A stretch of 63,758 nt of DNA, filler included, from Malassezia furfur (Eukaryota): the NCBI GenBank assembly GCA_052055015.1. It is 5 parts of 5 records of this genome, joined end to end, with 100 filler letters (N's around TTAATTAATTAA, not from the genome) between each part and the next. Parts side by side here need not be neighbours in the genome. Positions count along the whole stretch, not along the records: positions 1 to 12,754 come from JBQJIT010000328.1; positions 12,855 to 25,523 come from JBQJIT010000329.1; 3 more parts are not named here. One strand, written 5' to 3'. A program made the position numbers and the translations under genes. Below, piece after piece: positions 11,621 to 22,988 of the stretch. Numbering within the stretch: position 1 is the stretch's first letter; each line of letters opens with the position of its first letter. The notes beneath the pieces were generated by a model. The model was not told the origin of the DNA and made no database searches. It saw only the letters and a list, made by a program, of their open reading frames with translations.

Positions 11621-12499
11621 ATGTCGTCGTCGGGACAGCGTGAAGCCGTGTTTGCAACGCGCCAGACGCTCGGTAACACGAAGCTGCGGCTAAAGGGTGC
11701 GCAGAATGGCCACTCGCTGCTGAAGCGCAAGGCCGATGCGCTCTCGAAGCGTTTCCGCACTATCACGTCCAAGATCCAGGACGCGAAGCAGCAGATGGGC
11801 AAGGTGCTGCAGCTTGCCTCGTTCAGCATGGTCGAGGTGAGCTATGCGACGGGCGATATCGGGTACGCGGTGCGCGAGAACGTCAAGCACGCGACGTTCC
11901 GTGTGCGTGCGCGACAGGAGAACATCAGCGGTGTGCACCTGCCCTCGTTTGCGATCCAGGCCGGGGCGGGCGATGGCTCGGGCGCGGACGAGTCGTCCGA
12001 GGGCCGCGAATCGGCGGCCTCGCAAGAGTTTAGCCTGACCGGTCTGTCGCGTGGTGGCCAGCAGGTGCAGAAAGCGCGCGATACGTACCGCAAGGCGCTC
12101 AAGGTGCTGGTGGATTTGGCGAGTCTGCAGACGGCGTTTGTGATTCTGGACGAGGTGATCCGCCTGACGAACCGGCGTGTGAATGCGATCGAGCATGTGA
12201 TTATCCCGCGGCTGGAGAACACGATTGCGGTACGTGGGCTGTCCTGACGCGCAGTACATCATCTCGGAGCTGGACGAAATGGACCGGTAGGTGGATGCGC
12301 TGACCGCAGTGAGGAGTTCTTCCGTCTGAAGAAGGTGCAGGGCAAGAAGAAGCGCGAGGCCGCGCAGGAGGCGGCCAAGGAGGGCCAGCCCAAGACCGTC
12401 GACGACACCGACGCCGCCGAGGTGGTCGAGCCGCCCGCGGGCGCCGACGGCCCGGGCGACCTGGTGAGCGGCGACAAGGACACGGATGTGATATTTTAG
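11621..12499 (+). CDS. VMA8: V-ATPase V1 subunit D
   Basis: RLKGAQNGHSLLKRKADAL, LASLQTAFVILDEVIRLTNRRVNAIEHVIIP, ELDEMDREEFFRLKKVQ. Introns at 12230-12254 and 12287-12309. Confidence 0.95.
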
Positions 12500-12524
12500 T
12501 AGCGCTGTACATCGCTGCAGGACA

Positions 12525-12754
12525 CTACGGCGAGGCCGACGGCACGCGCAGCACGTCGTTCGAGTGGATGCTCGACGAGGAGCCCGTGAGCGTGCGGTGC
12601 TCGGTGGCGTGCATGCGCTCCGGCGTGACGTAGATCGAGTCGGAGGAGTGCGCACTGGGCGTGTGCGCCACCGACGGCACGGGGTGCAGCAGCTCGGACG
12701 AGGTGTCGGCCGCTGCGCCCGACGGCCGCCGCGACGCGGGCGCCGCGAGCGCCG
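12525..12754 (-). CDS. C-terminal fragment of an unidentified Ser/Pro-rich protein, cut by contig end
   Basis: Open frame ..ALAAPASRRPSGAAADTSSELLHP..NDVLRVPSASP ending in TAG at 12527-12525. No recognisable domain. Confidence 0.4.
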
Positions 12755-12854
12755 NNNNNNNNNNNNNNNNNNNNNNNNNNNNNNNNNNNNNNNNNNNNTT
12801 AATTAATTAANNNNNNNNNNNNNNNNNNNNNNNNNNNNNNNNNNNNNNNNNNNN
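12755..12854. other. Artificial contig spacer N44-TTAATTAATTAA-N44
   Basis: Six-frame-stop linker at 12799-12810 flanked by Ns. Confidence 0.98.
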
Positions 12855-14424
<1,570 letters not shown>

Positions 14425-14522
14425 TCAGCGCGCGAGATAAAGACACCGCTGGCGGCTCGGCGATAACGGAGGGCAGACCTGACAGGTTGCCCCCACGTGT
14501 TCCCGATTACCCGATCGCTGTC

Positions 14523-15327
14523 ATGCTCGACCCTCGCTTGGCGCGTCGCGGTGCGGGGGCCGCACGGCTCGCGCTGTGCCAAGCCGCGTACGTCACGCAC
14601 TCACACCGCAGCGCCCATCTCAGCCGACCAGGATCGTGTCCGGATGGGGTCTATGTGTCGCCAGACACTAACGACGCTTTGCGTACGCACGCGACCCACT
14701 CACACAGGCTGGAACGGCGTCGTGTTCGTACGATCCGGCGCATACGCGTCGGGCGTGTTTCGGTTCGGCATTCAGTTTGCTATGGACCAAGATATATTGG
14801 CGACGCCGTCCGTGTTTTTGCCCCAGATCCTCTTGCATCCGCTCGTAGAGGTGCGTCGTCACTACGCTCACGCAGCCGGGCGACGGTCGCCTCAGTCTAC
14901 ATCCGTTCCTCGCACTCGCCCCGGAGTACGGGTGGAAAACGGATACAGACCATCCAGAGTTCCTCGCGGCACTTGCACAGTACATTGCAGCCTGCTTCGA
15001 CGACGCGCTCCTCGAGCGGCTGTCCGCGTCGTGGATCCGGAATGAGCGCATGTATACGTACGTCACGCCTGTCCTCCTCCCTGACCCAGCCTCTTTACCA
15101 CCGACCGGACCCTCTTTGACCGCCTCGCACAGCAATCAGCGAGCTTGTCGAATGCCGACGCAAGCCTCTACGATGCGCATTCGGGCAGCAACGTCCCAGG
15201 CGACATGGATTTCGCGCTCCTTCCCCACCACAAGCAGGCGCACAAACAGCCCGCCCCGAGTGCGCTCCCTTTTGCGCCCATATCCGATACCGAGTTGGCG
15301 CGCGTACGCGACCACATCCTGCCATAG
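14523..15327 (+). CDS. UBC-like (UEV) protein, AKTIP/FTS-like
   Basis: CPDGVYVSP..WNGVVFVRSGAYASGVFRF..LLHPLVE. Introns at 14588-14611, 14683-14707, 14851-14875 and 15058-15089. Confidence 0.75.
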
Positions 15328-15422
15328 TCGCCGACCCCGCGTGCGCACGGGCGCCGTGCGGCATCTGGGGAAACGAGGAAATATGTTGCTCTGCAAACGC
15401 GTGGTCTCGGCGCCCTTCTGCG

Positions 15423-16076
15423 ATGGCATCGACGGCGCCCCCGCGGCGCCCCAAGCGCAAGCGTGTGCGCAAGACGCGCACGGCCGTGATCAGCTCGTCG
15501 GAGAGCTCATCAAGCGATGAGCAGGTGCCCGCAAAATCGCCCGATGCGCCGAAACGGCCGTCGCCCACGGCGCAGCGCACCCCGGCTGGGCCCAAGGATG
15601 GTTACGATTCCGACTCGGGCAGCGAGCTCGGTCACGATGACCTCGATACGGCACAGCGTGAGCGCGACCTGAACGACCTCGCCGATGCGCTCTCGCCGCC
15701 GCTCATTCACGTGCCCACGGGCGACGACGATGCACCGGTCGACACCTATACGCCCAAGACCCGCGTGGGTAGCCGCGTGACGACGCTTCCACCGCAGGCC
15801 ATCTCCGACGAGCTGCGCGAGAAGCAGAAAGAGTCGTTCCGCTCGCTCTGGATGCAAGCGCTTACTGACGAGTTTGGCAACGAGCTCGACGAGCTGCGCC
15901 AAAACGACCCGCGCTTGAGCTCGGGACCGGCGAACGCCACGAACGCCACCGCACGTCTCCCACTACTCATTGATGCTCTCTCGTTCGGGAGCGAAGTATA
16001 CTCACAGGCACCCACGGCTGCGGACGAGGCGGACCACGATACGGTGGACGAGATTCAAATGGCTCTGCCAGACTAG
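15423..16076 (+). CDS. RSA3: Ribosome assembly protein Rsa3-like
   Basis: Basic KRKRVRKTRT then Ser/acidic tract. C-terminal FRSLWMQALTDEFGNELDELR..LPLLIDALSFG resembles the Rsa3 domain. Confidence 0.7.
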   Translation: MASTAPPRRPKRKRVRKTRTAVISSSESSSSDEQVPAKSPDAPKRPSPTAQRTPAGPKDGYDSDSGSELGHDDLDTAQRERDLNDLADALSPPLIHVPTGDDDAPVDTYTPKTRVGSRVTTLPPQAISDELREKQKESFRSLWMQALTDEFGNELDELRQNDPRLSSGPANATNATARLPLLIDALSFGSEVYSQAPTAADEADHDTVDEIQMALPD

Positions 16077-16101
16077 CGATTATGTATACCTAGACGGCCT
16101 A

Positions 16102-16905
16102 TTACAGACGGAACGGAGTACGGGGGTACTCGGTCTTCTTCGACGCCTCACTGTCCGTAAAGAAGAGCACATCGCCCGGCAAAAACGGACGCACACGGCT
16201 GGCAGGCAGGTGCTGCTCGGGATCGCCCAGCACCTTGACGAGCGCATCCTGCTTGCCCTCACCGGTGAGCACAAAGGCAACGTGGTGCGCATGGTTCAAC
16301 ACGGGGTATGTGAGGGTGATGCGACGCAACGGCGGCTTGGGCGAGTCGTAGATCGGCGCGACCCAGCGGCCGTGCTCCCCGAGCAGCGGGTGGTTCGGGA
16401 ACAAGCTTGCGGTGTGGCCGTCGGGACCCATGCCAAGCAGGATCAGGTCGAACACGGGGTTGCGCACCGAGTCTTTGCCAGTGAATGCGTCGGCAAGCTG
16501 CTTTTCGTACTCATCCGAGAGCTCCTCGGGGTCCTCGATGAGCGACTCCTTGATCGTGTGAATCTGGTTGGGCTGCAGCTCGGGAACCTTGGAGAAGAGC
16601 TCCTTGTTGCACAGATCGTAGTTGGAGTCCTCGTGGTTCAGCGGAACAATACGCTCGTCTGCAAAGAAAATTTGCCACTTGTCCCAACGGACCGCCTTAT
16701 CCGAGCGGCCGACCAGGTGCTTGGCAAGCAGCTTGGGCAGCGAGCCACCGGACGTCGCAACCGTGAACATGTTGCGGCGCTCGATCGCCTCGTTCTGCAC
16801 CTTGATGACATACTCGGCCAGAGCCTGGCTCAGCTCATCGCCCGTAGGGAAGTCATAGAGAACAGGCTCGCTGTGCTCGCGCTTCGGGTCCTGAGTGCCC
16901 ACCAT
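16102..16905 (-). CDS. 6-phosphogluconolactonase (Sol family)
   Basis: SGGSLP, FFADERIVP, DSNY, FDLILLGMGPDGHTASLFP, DSPKPP.RIT. Confidence 0.95.
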   Translation of the reverse strand: MVGTQDPKREHSEPVLYDFPTGDELSQALAEYVIKVQNEAIERRNMFTVATSGGSLPKLLAKHLVGRSDKAVRWDKWQIFFADERIVPLNHEDSNYDLCNKELFSKVPELQPNQIHTIKESLIEDPEELSDEYEKQLADAFTGKDSVRNPVFDLILLGMGPDGHTASLFPNHPLLGEHGRWVAPIYDSPKPPLRRITLTYPVLNHAHHVAFVLTGEGKQDALVKVLGDPEQHLPASRVRPFLPGDVLFFTDSEASKKTEYPRTPFRL

Positions 16906-16986
16906 CCTTGTGTGGAGTCAGGGCTTGCCCCAACCGTCCCGCCGCATTCACGTGGAGACATCGGGCATCGGGCGAATTCTTCCAAC

Positions 16987-19497
16987 ATGGCCATGGCGTG
17001 GCGCGCAGCGGCGTTGGTCTCCTTGCGGCGCAGCGCGGCCGCACAGCGCGGCACACGCGCGCTTACCATCGCGCATATTTTGCGTGCTGAGGCACGCACC
17101 ATTCCGATTCCAGCACGGCCAACCCGCGTCGCCCAACTGCTCAACGACGCGTGCTCCAACGAAGCCGGCGCCTACCTCGCGGCGCGCAACAGCAAGGGCC
17201 AGCCCGTGTCGCTTCACGCCGAAGTTGGCGGGGAAAATGGTGCGCAGTCTATTACGTTCCTTCCCTTTGAGTCCAAAGACAAGCTCGCGCAGCGCTCCAT
17301 GTGGGTTTCGGCGGCGTACCTCCTGAGTGCCGCGCTGGAAAGCGTGTGCGGAGGGCGCGTCATGACCAGCACGCCCACCGTCACCTCCAGCAGCGGCGAC
17401 CGGATTGATGCAACGTCGGGTTTCACGCTCGAGGCGCTCATGTCTGCGCCCTCGGAGCCGGTCGTGTATGGCGCCAATGCCCAAGAAGCGGCATCCAACG
17501 TCGCTGCGGCGCTCGCCGATGCCTTCGCCCACGCTCATACCCCTAAGCTTGCCAAGGGCGAAACAGAACACCTGGAAAAGGAGATGAAGCGCCTCAGCAA
17601 TTCGAACCACGACTTTGTCCTCGAAGAGGTGCCGTGGGACGCGGCTTGGGCCCTGTTTGCTCGCAACCCCCTCAAACTCGACGCCATGCTGCGCTTTGCG
17701 CGCGCATGTGGGGAGGAGCGGCCCAATGTCCCTCTAGTGCGCCTGAGCAAGACATCGTTTGCCGACCTTGCGCCCTGGGACTGCGAGGATGCCGTCGTAA
17801 TGCGCCGCACCAAGCCGATCAAGGCCAGCAAGGTCTTGCTCAGCGCCGCTGCGTCGCTGCCTGCCGACTGGGCGAGTCTTGCGCCCGATGCAGGGCAAGC
17901 GCTGCTCCGTGTGCGCGGGATTGCGTTCCCCAGCGCGGCCGAATTACAGCACTATGCGCAGCAGATTGCCGAGATGGAAAAGGCCGACCATCGCCTCTTG
18001 GGACTGGCTCAGAGCCTGTTCTTCGCGCACGACTCTTCGCCGGGCAGCCCGTTCGTGATGGCACATGGCATGCGTCTGATCCGCAAAGTCGAGCGAGCCA
18101 TACGCGACCTGTACGATGTGTTTGGGTACGAAGAGGTGCAGACGCCGCAGCTGTACCGCAGCTCGCTGTGGAAGCAGAGTGGGCACTGGGACAAGTACCG
18201 CGAAGACATGTTTAGCGCACAGGGCTTCGCGGAGGAGGCGGCCGCATCGCGTGGGTGCTGCGGTGCACACGACGCGCAGTCGCACCTCTTTGGTCTGAAG
18301 CCGATGAACTGCCCCGGCCACTGTGTGCTCTTTGCGCACCAGCCGCGCTCCTACCGCGAACTTCCCATGCGAGTCGCCGAGTTTAGTCCGCTGCACCGCA
18401 ACGAAGCGACCGGTGCCCTGTCTGGCCTGACGCGTGTGCGGCGCTTCCACCAGGACGATGCCCACGTCTTTTGCACGCCCGAGCAGGTGTCGTCCGAGAT
18501 CCAGTCGATGCTGCACATGCTTGCGCTGGCATACGGCGTGTTTGGGTTTGGCAGCCGCTTTGAGCTCGTGCTGTCGACGCGCCCAGACAACTACATTGGC
18601 GAGATTGACGTGTGGAACGCGGCCGAGGCCAGCCTCAAGGAGGCGCTCGACAAGAGCGGGCGGCTCTGGTCGCTCAACGAGGGCGACGGCGCGTTCTACG
18701 GGCCGAAAATCGATATCCGGCTCGTGGATGCTATGGGACGCAAGCACCAAACCGCCACGATCCAGCTCGATTTCCAGCTGCCCGAGCGGTTCCAGCTGGA
18801 GTATGCGCTGCCGGACCCGAACGAGGTACGCCCGGGGATGCGCCCAGGGCATGCACGCCCCGTCATGATCCACCGCGCGATCCTCGGCAGCTTCGAGCGG
18901 TTCCTGGCGATTTTGCTAGAGCAGTGCCGTGGGTGGTGGCCGTTCTGGCTCAGTCCGCGCCAGGCGGTCGTGATTCCGACATACAGCAGCTCAGAGCCCG
19001 AGGTGCAGGCGCGCGTCTCGGCGTATGCCCGGAAGGTGCGCCGCCAGCTCGCCCGTGGGCTGCAGGACGACGCCGAGCGCCCGAACGAGCCGTTCCTGTT
19101 GCCGGCGATGGCGCACCATGCGCTCGAGGTGCCGAGCCGCACGCGGTTCTTTGTCGAGCTGCCGCCCCATTACCTTGAGCCCGCGGGCGAGACGCTCGGC
19201 AAGAAGGTGCGCCAGGCACAGCTGGGCCGCTTCAATTTCCTCGTCGTGGTCGGGCAGCAAGAGGCCGAGCAGGGCACGGTGAGCCTGCGGATCCGCGACG
19301 AGCGACATGCACCTGCATGGCACACGTCGGTCGACAGCGCCCCGGACATGCCGCAGGCCAAGGTGCAGGACATGGTGCTCTCGGTGATTCGCGCCACGTT
19401 CCCGGACAAGCCGCTCGGCACGGGCGTCGACCTGGGGATGTGGCGGGTGGAGGAGGTGCGCCGCCTGTTTTGTGTCTTGGATGCGCTTCACGTGTAG
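16987..19497 (+). CDS. Threonyl-tRNA synthetase, probably mitochondrial
   Basis: DHR.LG, SGHWDKY, LKPMNCPGHC, HRNE..GAL.GLTRVRRFHQDDAH, GAFYGPKID, MIHRAILGSFER. Arg/Ala-rich presequence-like N-terminus from ATG 16987. The ORF-track extension upstream is antisense to the SOL gene. Confidence 0.93.
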   Translation: MAMAWRAAALVSLRRSAAAQRGTRALTIAHILRAEARTIPIPARPTRVAQLLNDACSNEAGAYLAARNSKGQPVSLHAEVGGENGAQSITFLPFESKDKLAQRSMWVSAAYLLSAALESVCGGRVMTSTPTVTSSSGDRIDATSGFTLEALMSAPSEPVVYGANAQEAASNVAAALADAFAHAHTPKLAKGETEHLEKEMKRLSNSNHDFVLEEVPWDAAWALFARNPLKLDAMLRFARACGEERPNVPLVRLSKTSFADLAPWDCEDAVVMRRTKPIKASKVLLSAAASLPADWASLAPDAGQALLRVRGIAFPSAAELQHYAQQIAEMEKADHRLLGLAQSLFFAHDSSPGSPFVMAHGMRLIRKVERAIRDLYDVFGYEEVQTPQLYRSSLWKQSGHWDKYREDMFSAQGFAEEAAASRGCCGAHDAQSHLFGLKPMNCPGHCVLFAHQPRSYRELPMRVAEFSPLHRNEATGALSGLTRVRRFHQDDAHVFCTPEQVSSEIQSMLHMLALAYGVFGFGSRFELVLSTRPDNYIGEIDVWNAAEASLKEALDKSGRLWSLNEGDGAFYGPKIDIRLVDAMGRKHQTATIQLDFQLPERFQLEYALPDPNEVRPGMRPGHARPVMIHRAILGSFERFLAILLEQCRGWWPFWLSPRQAVVIPTYSSSEPEVQARVSAYARKVRRQLARGLQDDAERPNEPFLLPAMAHHALEVPSRTRFFVELPPHYLEPAGETLGKKVRQAQLGRFNFLVVVGQQEAEQGTVSLRIRDERHAPAWHTSVDSAPDMPQAKVQDMVLSVIRATFPDKPLGTGVDLGMWRVEEVRRLFCVLDALHV

Positions 19498-20498
19498 TCA
19501 GCCGTACCAGGCGGTGGTGCCGGTCGGCGCTTGATAGTGACGTGTCGGGATCATGGGCTCGGTCACATTGTACAATGCACACAGGTCGCGCCACGTCGCC
19601 TCGTCGAGCTCGAGGACAATCTGGCGCCGCGTCAGGCCGGCACTGCGGTCCTCCTCGGTCGGCTCGTAGGAGCTCATCAGCCGGGGGTCGCCGTCCTCGT
19701 CCTCAATGATCGCCGCCTTTCCGTCGCGGATCAAAAAGCTGATGTAGAACAAGTTTTCCACCGTGTTGCTGAAGCTCTCGGGGTTGAACGCAAAGCGGAA
19801 CAGACACACACCTTCTTCGCCGGACACCGCCTCGAGCCGCGACGCAATGTCGAGCACCATGCGCGACGTTTCGTTTTCCGACTGCGTAATGTCGCGTGCA
19901 TCCAGCTGCTGCGGTGCTGCCTGCTCGGCGTCCGCCTCGAGCCGCGTGGTGCGCGCCGCTTTGCGGTGTTTCGGCACGACCTGCAGCGGCCCTAGCAGGA
20001 ACTCGGGGATGGGCGCACGCCGCGTGTACTGTGCCGCGACCGAGCCGAGCTTGTCCCAATCCCAGAGCTCTGTATCGCCCGAAGCCAGGGCGTCGTCGTC
20101 ACCTCGCGCGTTCCGCCGCCCGCTCACGACGTGGCCGCCAATGAACTGCGCGACGCGGTGCATATAGTCGTCCATATCGAACGCGTCGGCGCCGATGCGC
20201 CGCGTACGTGTCATTTCTGCCCCCATATCCGACATGCTCAGCAGGAAGCGTGAGTCGAGCAGGCTGTCGGACGGTGCCTTGACTGCGGTGAGCGCGTTGA
20301 CGACGTACCTTTGGTGTACAGCTCGTCGCCGAGACGCACCATATCCCCCACATCGGCGATCGAGCTCTCGGGCAGGTGCCGCCGCGTGTTCTGCGCTGAC
20401 GCGAGCAGCGCCCGGTACTCGCGACGGAGCTCGCGCTGCTCCGACGCGTCCGGGCGCGGCTCGTACGCAAACGCGTCGGCGTCCGACGCGCCGCTCAT
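19498..20498 (-). CDS. NSE4: Smc5/6 complex kleisin Nse4
   Basis: RELRREYRAL, LLDSRFL, FLLGPL, FAFNPESFSNTVENLFYISFLIRDG. Intron at 20283-20308 (26 nt). Confidence 0.9.
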
Positions 20499-20581
20499 GG
20501 TGGAGGGATGAGGTAAGCGCATCCAGCACGAGCCACCTAAGGGAGAAGAAGAAGTTGGGGGGTATGACGAGGGGGCATGCG

Positions 20582-22939
20582 CTACCGACGTATGAGGCGC
20601 GCAACCATTTCGCGCTCACGCAGCCGCTTCGAGGCGGCCTCGGTGCCGCCCGGCTGCGTGGTGTAGTATTGGACGAGCTTGTCCAGGATGCTCGCGACCT
20701 TGGTGGGTTGCGCCTGTGGGAACTTTTGGTTGCGCGCGAGCGGCGACAAGGCGTATTCGGAGATGGACTCCGACAAGACCACCGCGAGCGTCTGCCGCAC
20801 CTGGCCAAACACGCCGTCTATGCCTTCGATCTGGAGCGACTTCGCAAACTGGTACAGGTAGGTAATGTCCAGCTCGAAGTTGATCAGCCCGTTCACATTG
20901 ACCATGCGCACGTCGCGGTCCAACAACACGGCGTTGAGCAGCCGACTCGTGATGTGCATGAAACACGACGTGAACGTCGCAGCCTTGGCCTCGGGCGAGA
21001 GGAGCACAAGTGCCGACTCCATCATCGTAGACAGCCAGTCGATCATGTCCACAATGTAGCTGGACGCATGCGCCTGGTCGTCGCGCTTGGGCACCGCCGG
21101 CGTCCAGTCGTACTCGAGTAGGTCCAGGAACTGGTCAAGCTTGACAAAGAGCGCCGTATCGATGCGCTTCTGCGCGACCTCGAGCGTGCCGGCGAGGTGG
21201 TGTGACGCTTCCAAGTCGAGGCGCCCGCCGCCCTTGGGGTTGCGCGAATTCGCCAGCCACACCTCGAGCTCGGAACACGCGAGCTGGAAGTGCTCGACGT
21301 TGACGATGATCTGCGCAATCTGGCTCAGGTTGTGCGACTGCTCGACGGTCGCGCGGATGTGCACGCTGATCTGCTGCACGAGCAGCTCGTCCAGGGACTG
21401 CTTCAGGATCGAGTCGATCTCACGGTGGTACTGCGTGAAGCCGCTCGAGAAGTTGTAGTACTGCTCCACCAGGTTGCGGATGTCCATGCAGCACAGGGGG
21501 TAGGTCTGCGAGAAGGGCAGCGACAAGGGGAACGGCTGCCTCTGCAGCGCCTCGACCTCGCTCGGCTTGAGCCAGCACACGTTCAGCACCTTGGCGAGCT
21601 CGTCCTTGTCGTTGACCAGCATCGGCTGGTGCTGTGCCTCGCGGATCGCCTGGTGGAAGTCGGCGGCAAAACGCTTGCGCAGCAGCTCGGCAAAGCGCTT
21701 GAACAGGTTGAGCAGCAGTGCATTCAAGCGGCCCACGCCAAACTCGAGACTCTCGAGCGTGCGGATAAACGTCTGGACGGCAGACTTGGTCTCGATGTAG
21801 GCCTTGGTGTCCTGGCAGTCGCGCAGACCGAGGTTCACCATGTCGACCACGCGCTCACACATCGTCTCCCACAGGTCCTCGACCTCGGCGGCCGGTCGGA
21901 AGCCGGGCGGAGACGTGTGCATGACGTGGTTCTCCACCACAAAGAAGCCGACGACCTCTTCCAGCAGGGTGATCAGCGCGCGGCTGCCCTTGTGGATCAC
22001 GAGGTTCTGCGAGAGGAGCAAGTTGGCCTGCGCCTTGCGGTCTTCTTGGTAGTTGGTCTGGAGCTTTTCGCGCTGGTCCAGCACCTCGTAGATATGAATA
22101 CACTGGTACAACGGCTTGAAGTCGACCTGCACCCGCTCGTTGTCGAGGAAGTTGACGTCGATCTTTTCGTTGACCACCTGCTCGATCGGCGAGTTGATCG
22201 ACGACATCCGCAGCATCGGATCCTTTTGGCTGCGGTGCCGCCAGCGCTGCTGCCGTGCCTCCATCGTCTCGAGCGCGACGCGGCCGATCGCGCCGCTCTT
22301 TTCGCGCACGTCGTACATCCAGCCCTTCATTTCCTTGGTGACCTCGAGGCGAATGCGCTCGCGGATCTCAGGGATGCTGTCACGCAGCATGCGCGCAAAC
22401 TCGAGGTGCATCAGCGGCTTAAGGTGGATGTTGCCCAGTTCGTCCAGCCGGCGGAGCGCCGAGTAGTACTTGCGCTGCTGGATGAGGTCCTCGACGAGCA
22501 CACTCAGCTCGAGCACATGCATGCACTCCTGGAGCGACTCGAGCGCCTCGTCGACATTTTGTATGGTCTTTTGCTTGTCGATCAGGTCGCGCTTCTTGGT
22601 GCTGAGCGCATGCCCGCTCGTCTGGATCTCTTGGTCGAGTTCGTTGATGCGGTGCTTGAGCGAGACCGTTCCGGAACGCACAATCAACAGTTGGTCCACA
22701 GAAGAGACAAACTCTTGATGGTTCTCGTTGCACACGACCTCGATCTCCTCGTCCTTCTGACGCACAAACTTGCGCAGGTGCCGCAGGAACTCGTCCTGCT
22801 GCTGCGCCTCATCGAGACTTTTGATGATCGGGCCAAGCTGCTCGACATTCTCGGGGTTCGAATCAATGTCGCTCAGCAGCGTCAGCTGCTGCAGCTGCGC
22901 CTCGAGCGACACATGCGCCGCGCGGCCTTTCCGCGCCAT
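20582..22939 (-). CDS. SEC15: Exocyst subunit Sec15
   Basis: EQLGPIIK, EIEVVCNENHQEFVSSVDQLL, VDFKPLYQCIHIY, LPFSQTYPLCC, FLDLLEYDW. Confidence 0.92.
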   Translation of the reverse strand: MARKGRAAHVSLEAQLQQLTLLSDIDSNPENVEQLGPIIKSLDEAQQQDEFLRHLRKFVRQKDEEIEVVCNENHQEFVSSVDQLLIVRSGTVSLKHRINELDQEIQTSGHALSTKKRDLIDKQKTIQNVDEALESLQECMHVLELSVLVEDLIQQRKYYSALRRLDELGNIHLKPLMHLEFARMLRDSIPEIRERIRLEVTKEMKGWMYDVREKSGAIGRVALETMEARQQRWRHRSQKDPMLRMSSINSPIEQVVNEKIDVNFLDNERVQVDFKPLYQCIHIYEVLDQREKLQTNYQEDRKAQANLLLSQNLVIHKGSRALITLLEEVVGFFVVENHVMHTSPPGFRPAAEVEDLWETMCERVVDMVNLGLRDCQDTKAYIETKSAVQTFIRTLESLEFGVGRLNALLLNLFKRFAELLRKRFAADFHQAIREAQHQPMLVNDKDELAKVLNVCWLKPSEVEALQRQPFPLSLPFSQTYPLCCMDIRNLVEQYYNFSSGFTQYHREIDSILKQSLDELLVQQISVHIRATVEQSHNLSQIAQIIVNVEHFQLACSELEVWLANSRNPKGGGRLDLEASHHLAGTLEVAQKRIDTALFVKLDQFLDLLEYDWTPAVPKRDDQAHASSYIVDMIDWLSTMMESALVLLSPEAKAATFTSCFMHITSRLLNAVLLDRDVRMVNVNGLINFELDITYLYQFAKSLQIEGIDGVFGQVRQTLAVVLSESISEYALSPLARNQKFPQAQPTKVASILDKLVQYYTTQPGGTEAASKRLREREMVARLIRR

Positions 22940-22971
22940 CACCACGGACGCCTGTGGGGAAGGCGGAACGT

Positions 22972-22977
22972 CACGTG
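22972..22977. promoter_or_regulatory. CACGTG E-box in the 49-bp divergent SEC15/DDX41 promoter (representative of about 12 such sites)
   Basis: GTCACGTGG between ATG 22939 (-) and ATG 22989 (+). Confidence 0.5.
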
Positions 22978-22988
22978 GTCCGCCCACG

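Noticed and set aside
12525..12754. Joining this fragment to SKY1 across the gap
   Set aside because: Contigs are size-sorted, so adjacency is not evidence, and the fragment has no kinase C-lobe motifs.
12799..12810. TTAATTAATTAA palindrome recurring every ~12.7 kb (possible repeat or piggyBac TTAA site)
   Set aside because: Always embedded in 44+44 Ns. It is a synthetic six-frame-stop linker.
16102..16115. C-terminal FRL of 6-phosphogluconolactonase as a peroxisomal PTS1
   Set aside because: Phe at -3 is outside the usual (S/A/C)(K/R/H)(L/M) consensus. Too weak to call.
15970..16986. Apparent 1175-aa ThrRS with a novel N-terminal fusion
   Set aside because: The extra ~340 aa are the antisense of the 6-phosphogluconolactonase gene. 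The real start is most likely ATG 16987.
19495..19500. NSE4 stop in TGA-CTA readthrough context (known to create cryptic peroxisomal isoforms in fungi)
   Set aside because: The CTA is simply the complement of the abutting ThrRS TAG. The extension runs antisense through ThrRS and does not end in a PTS1.
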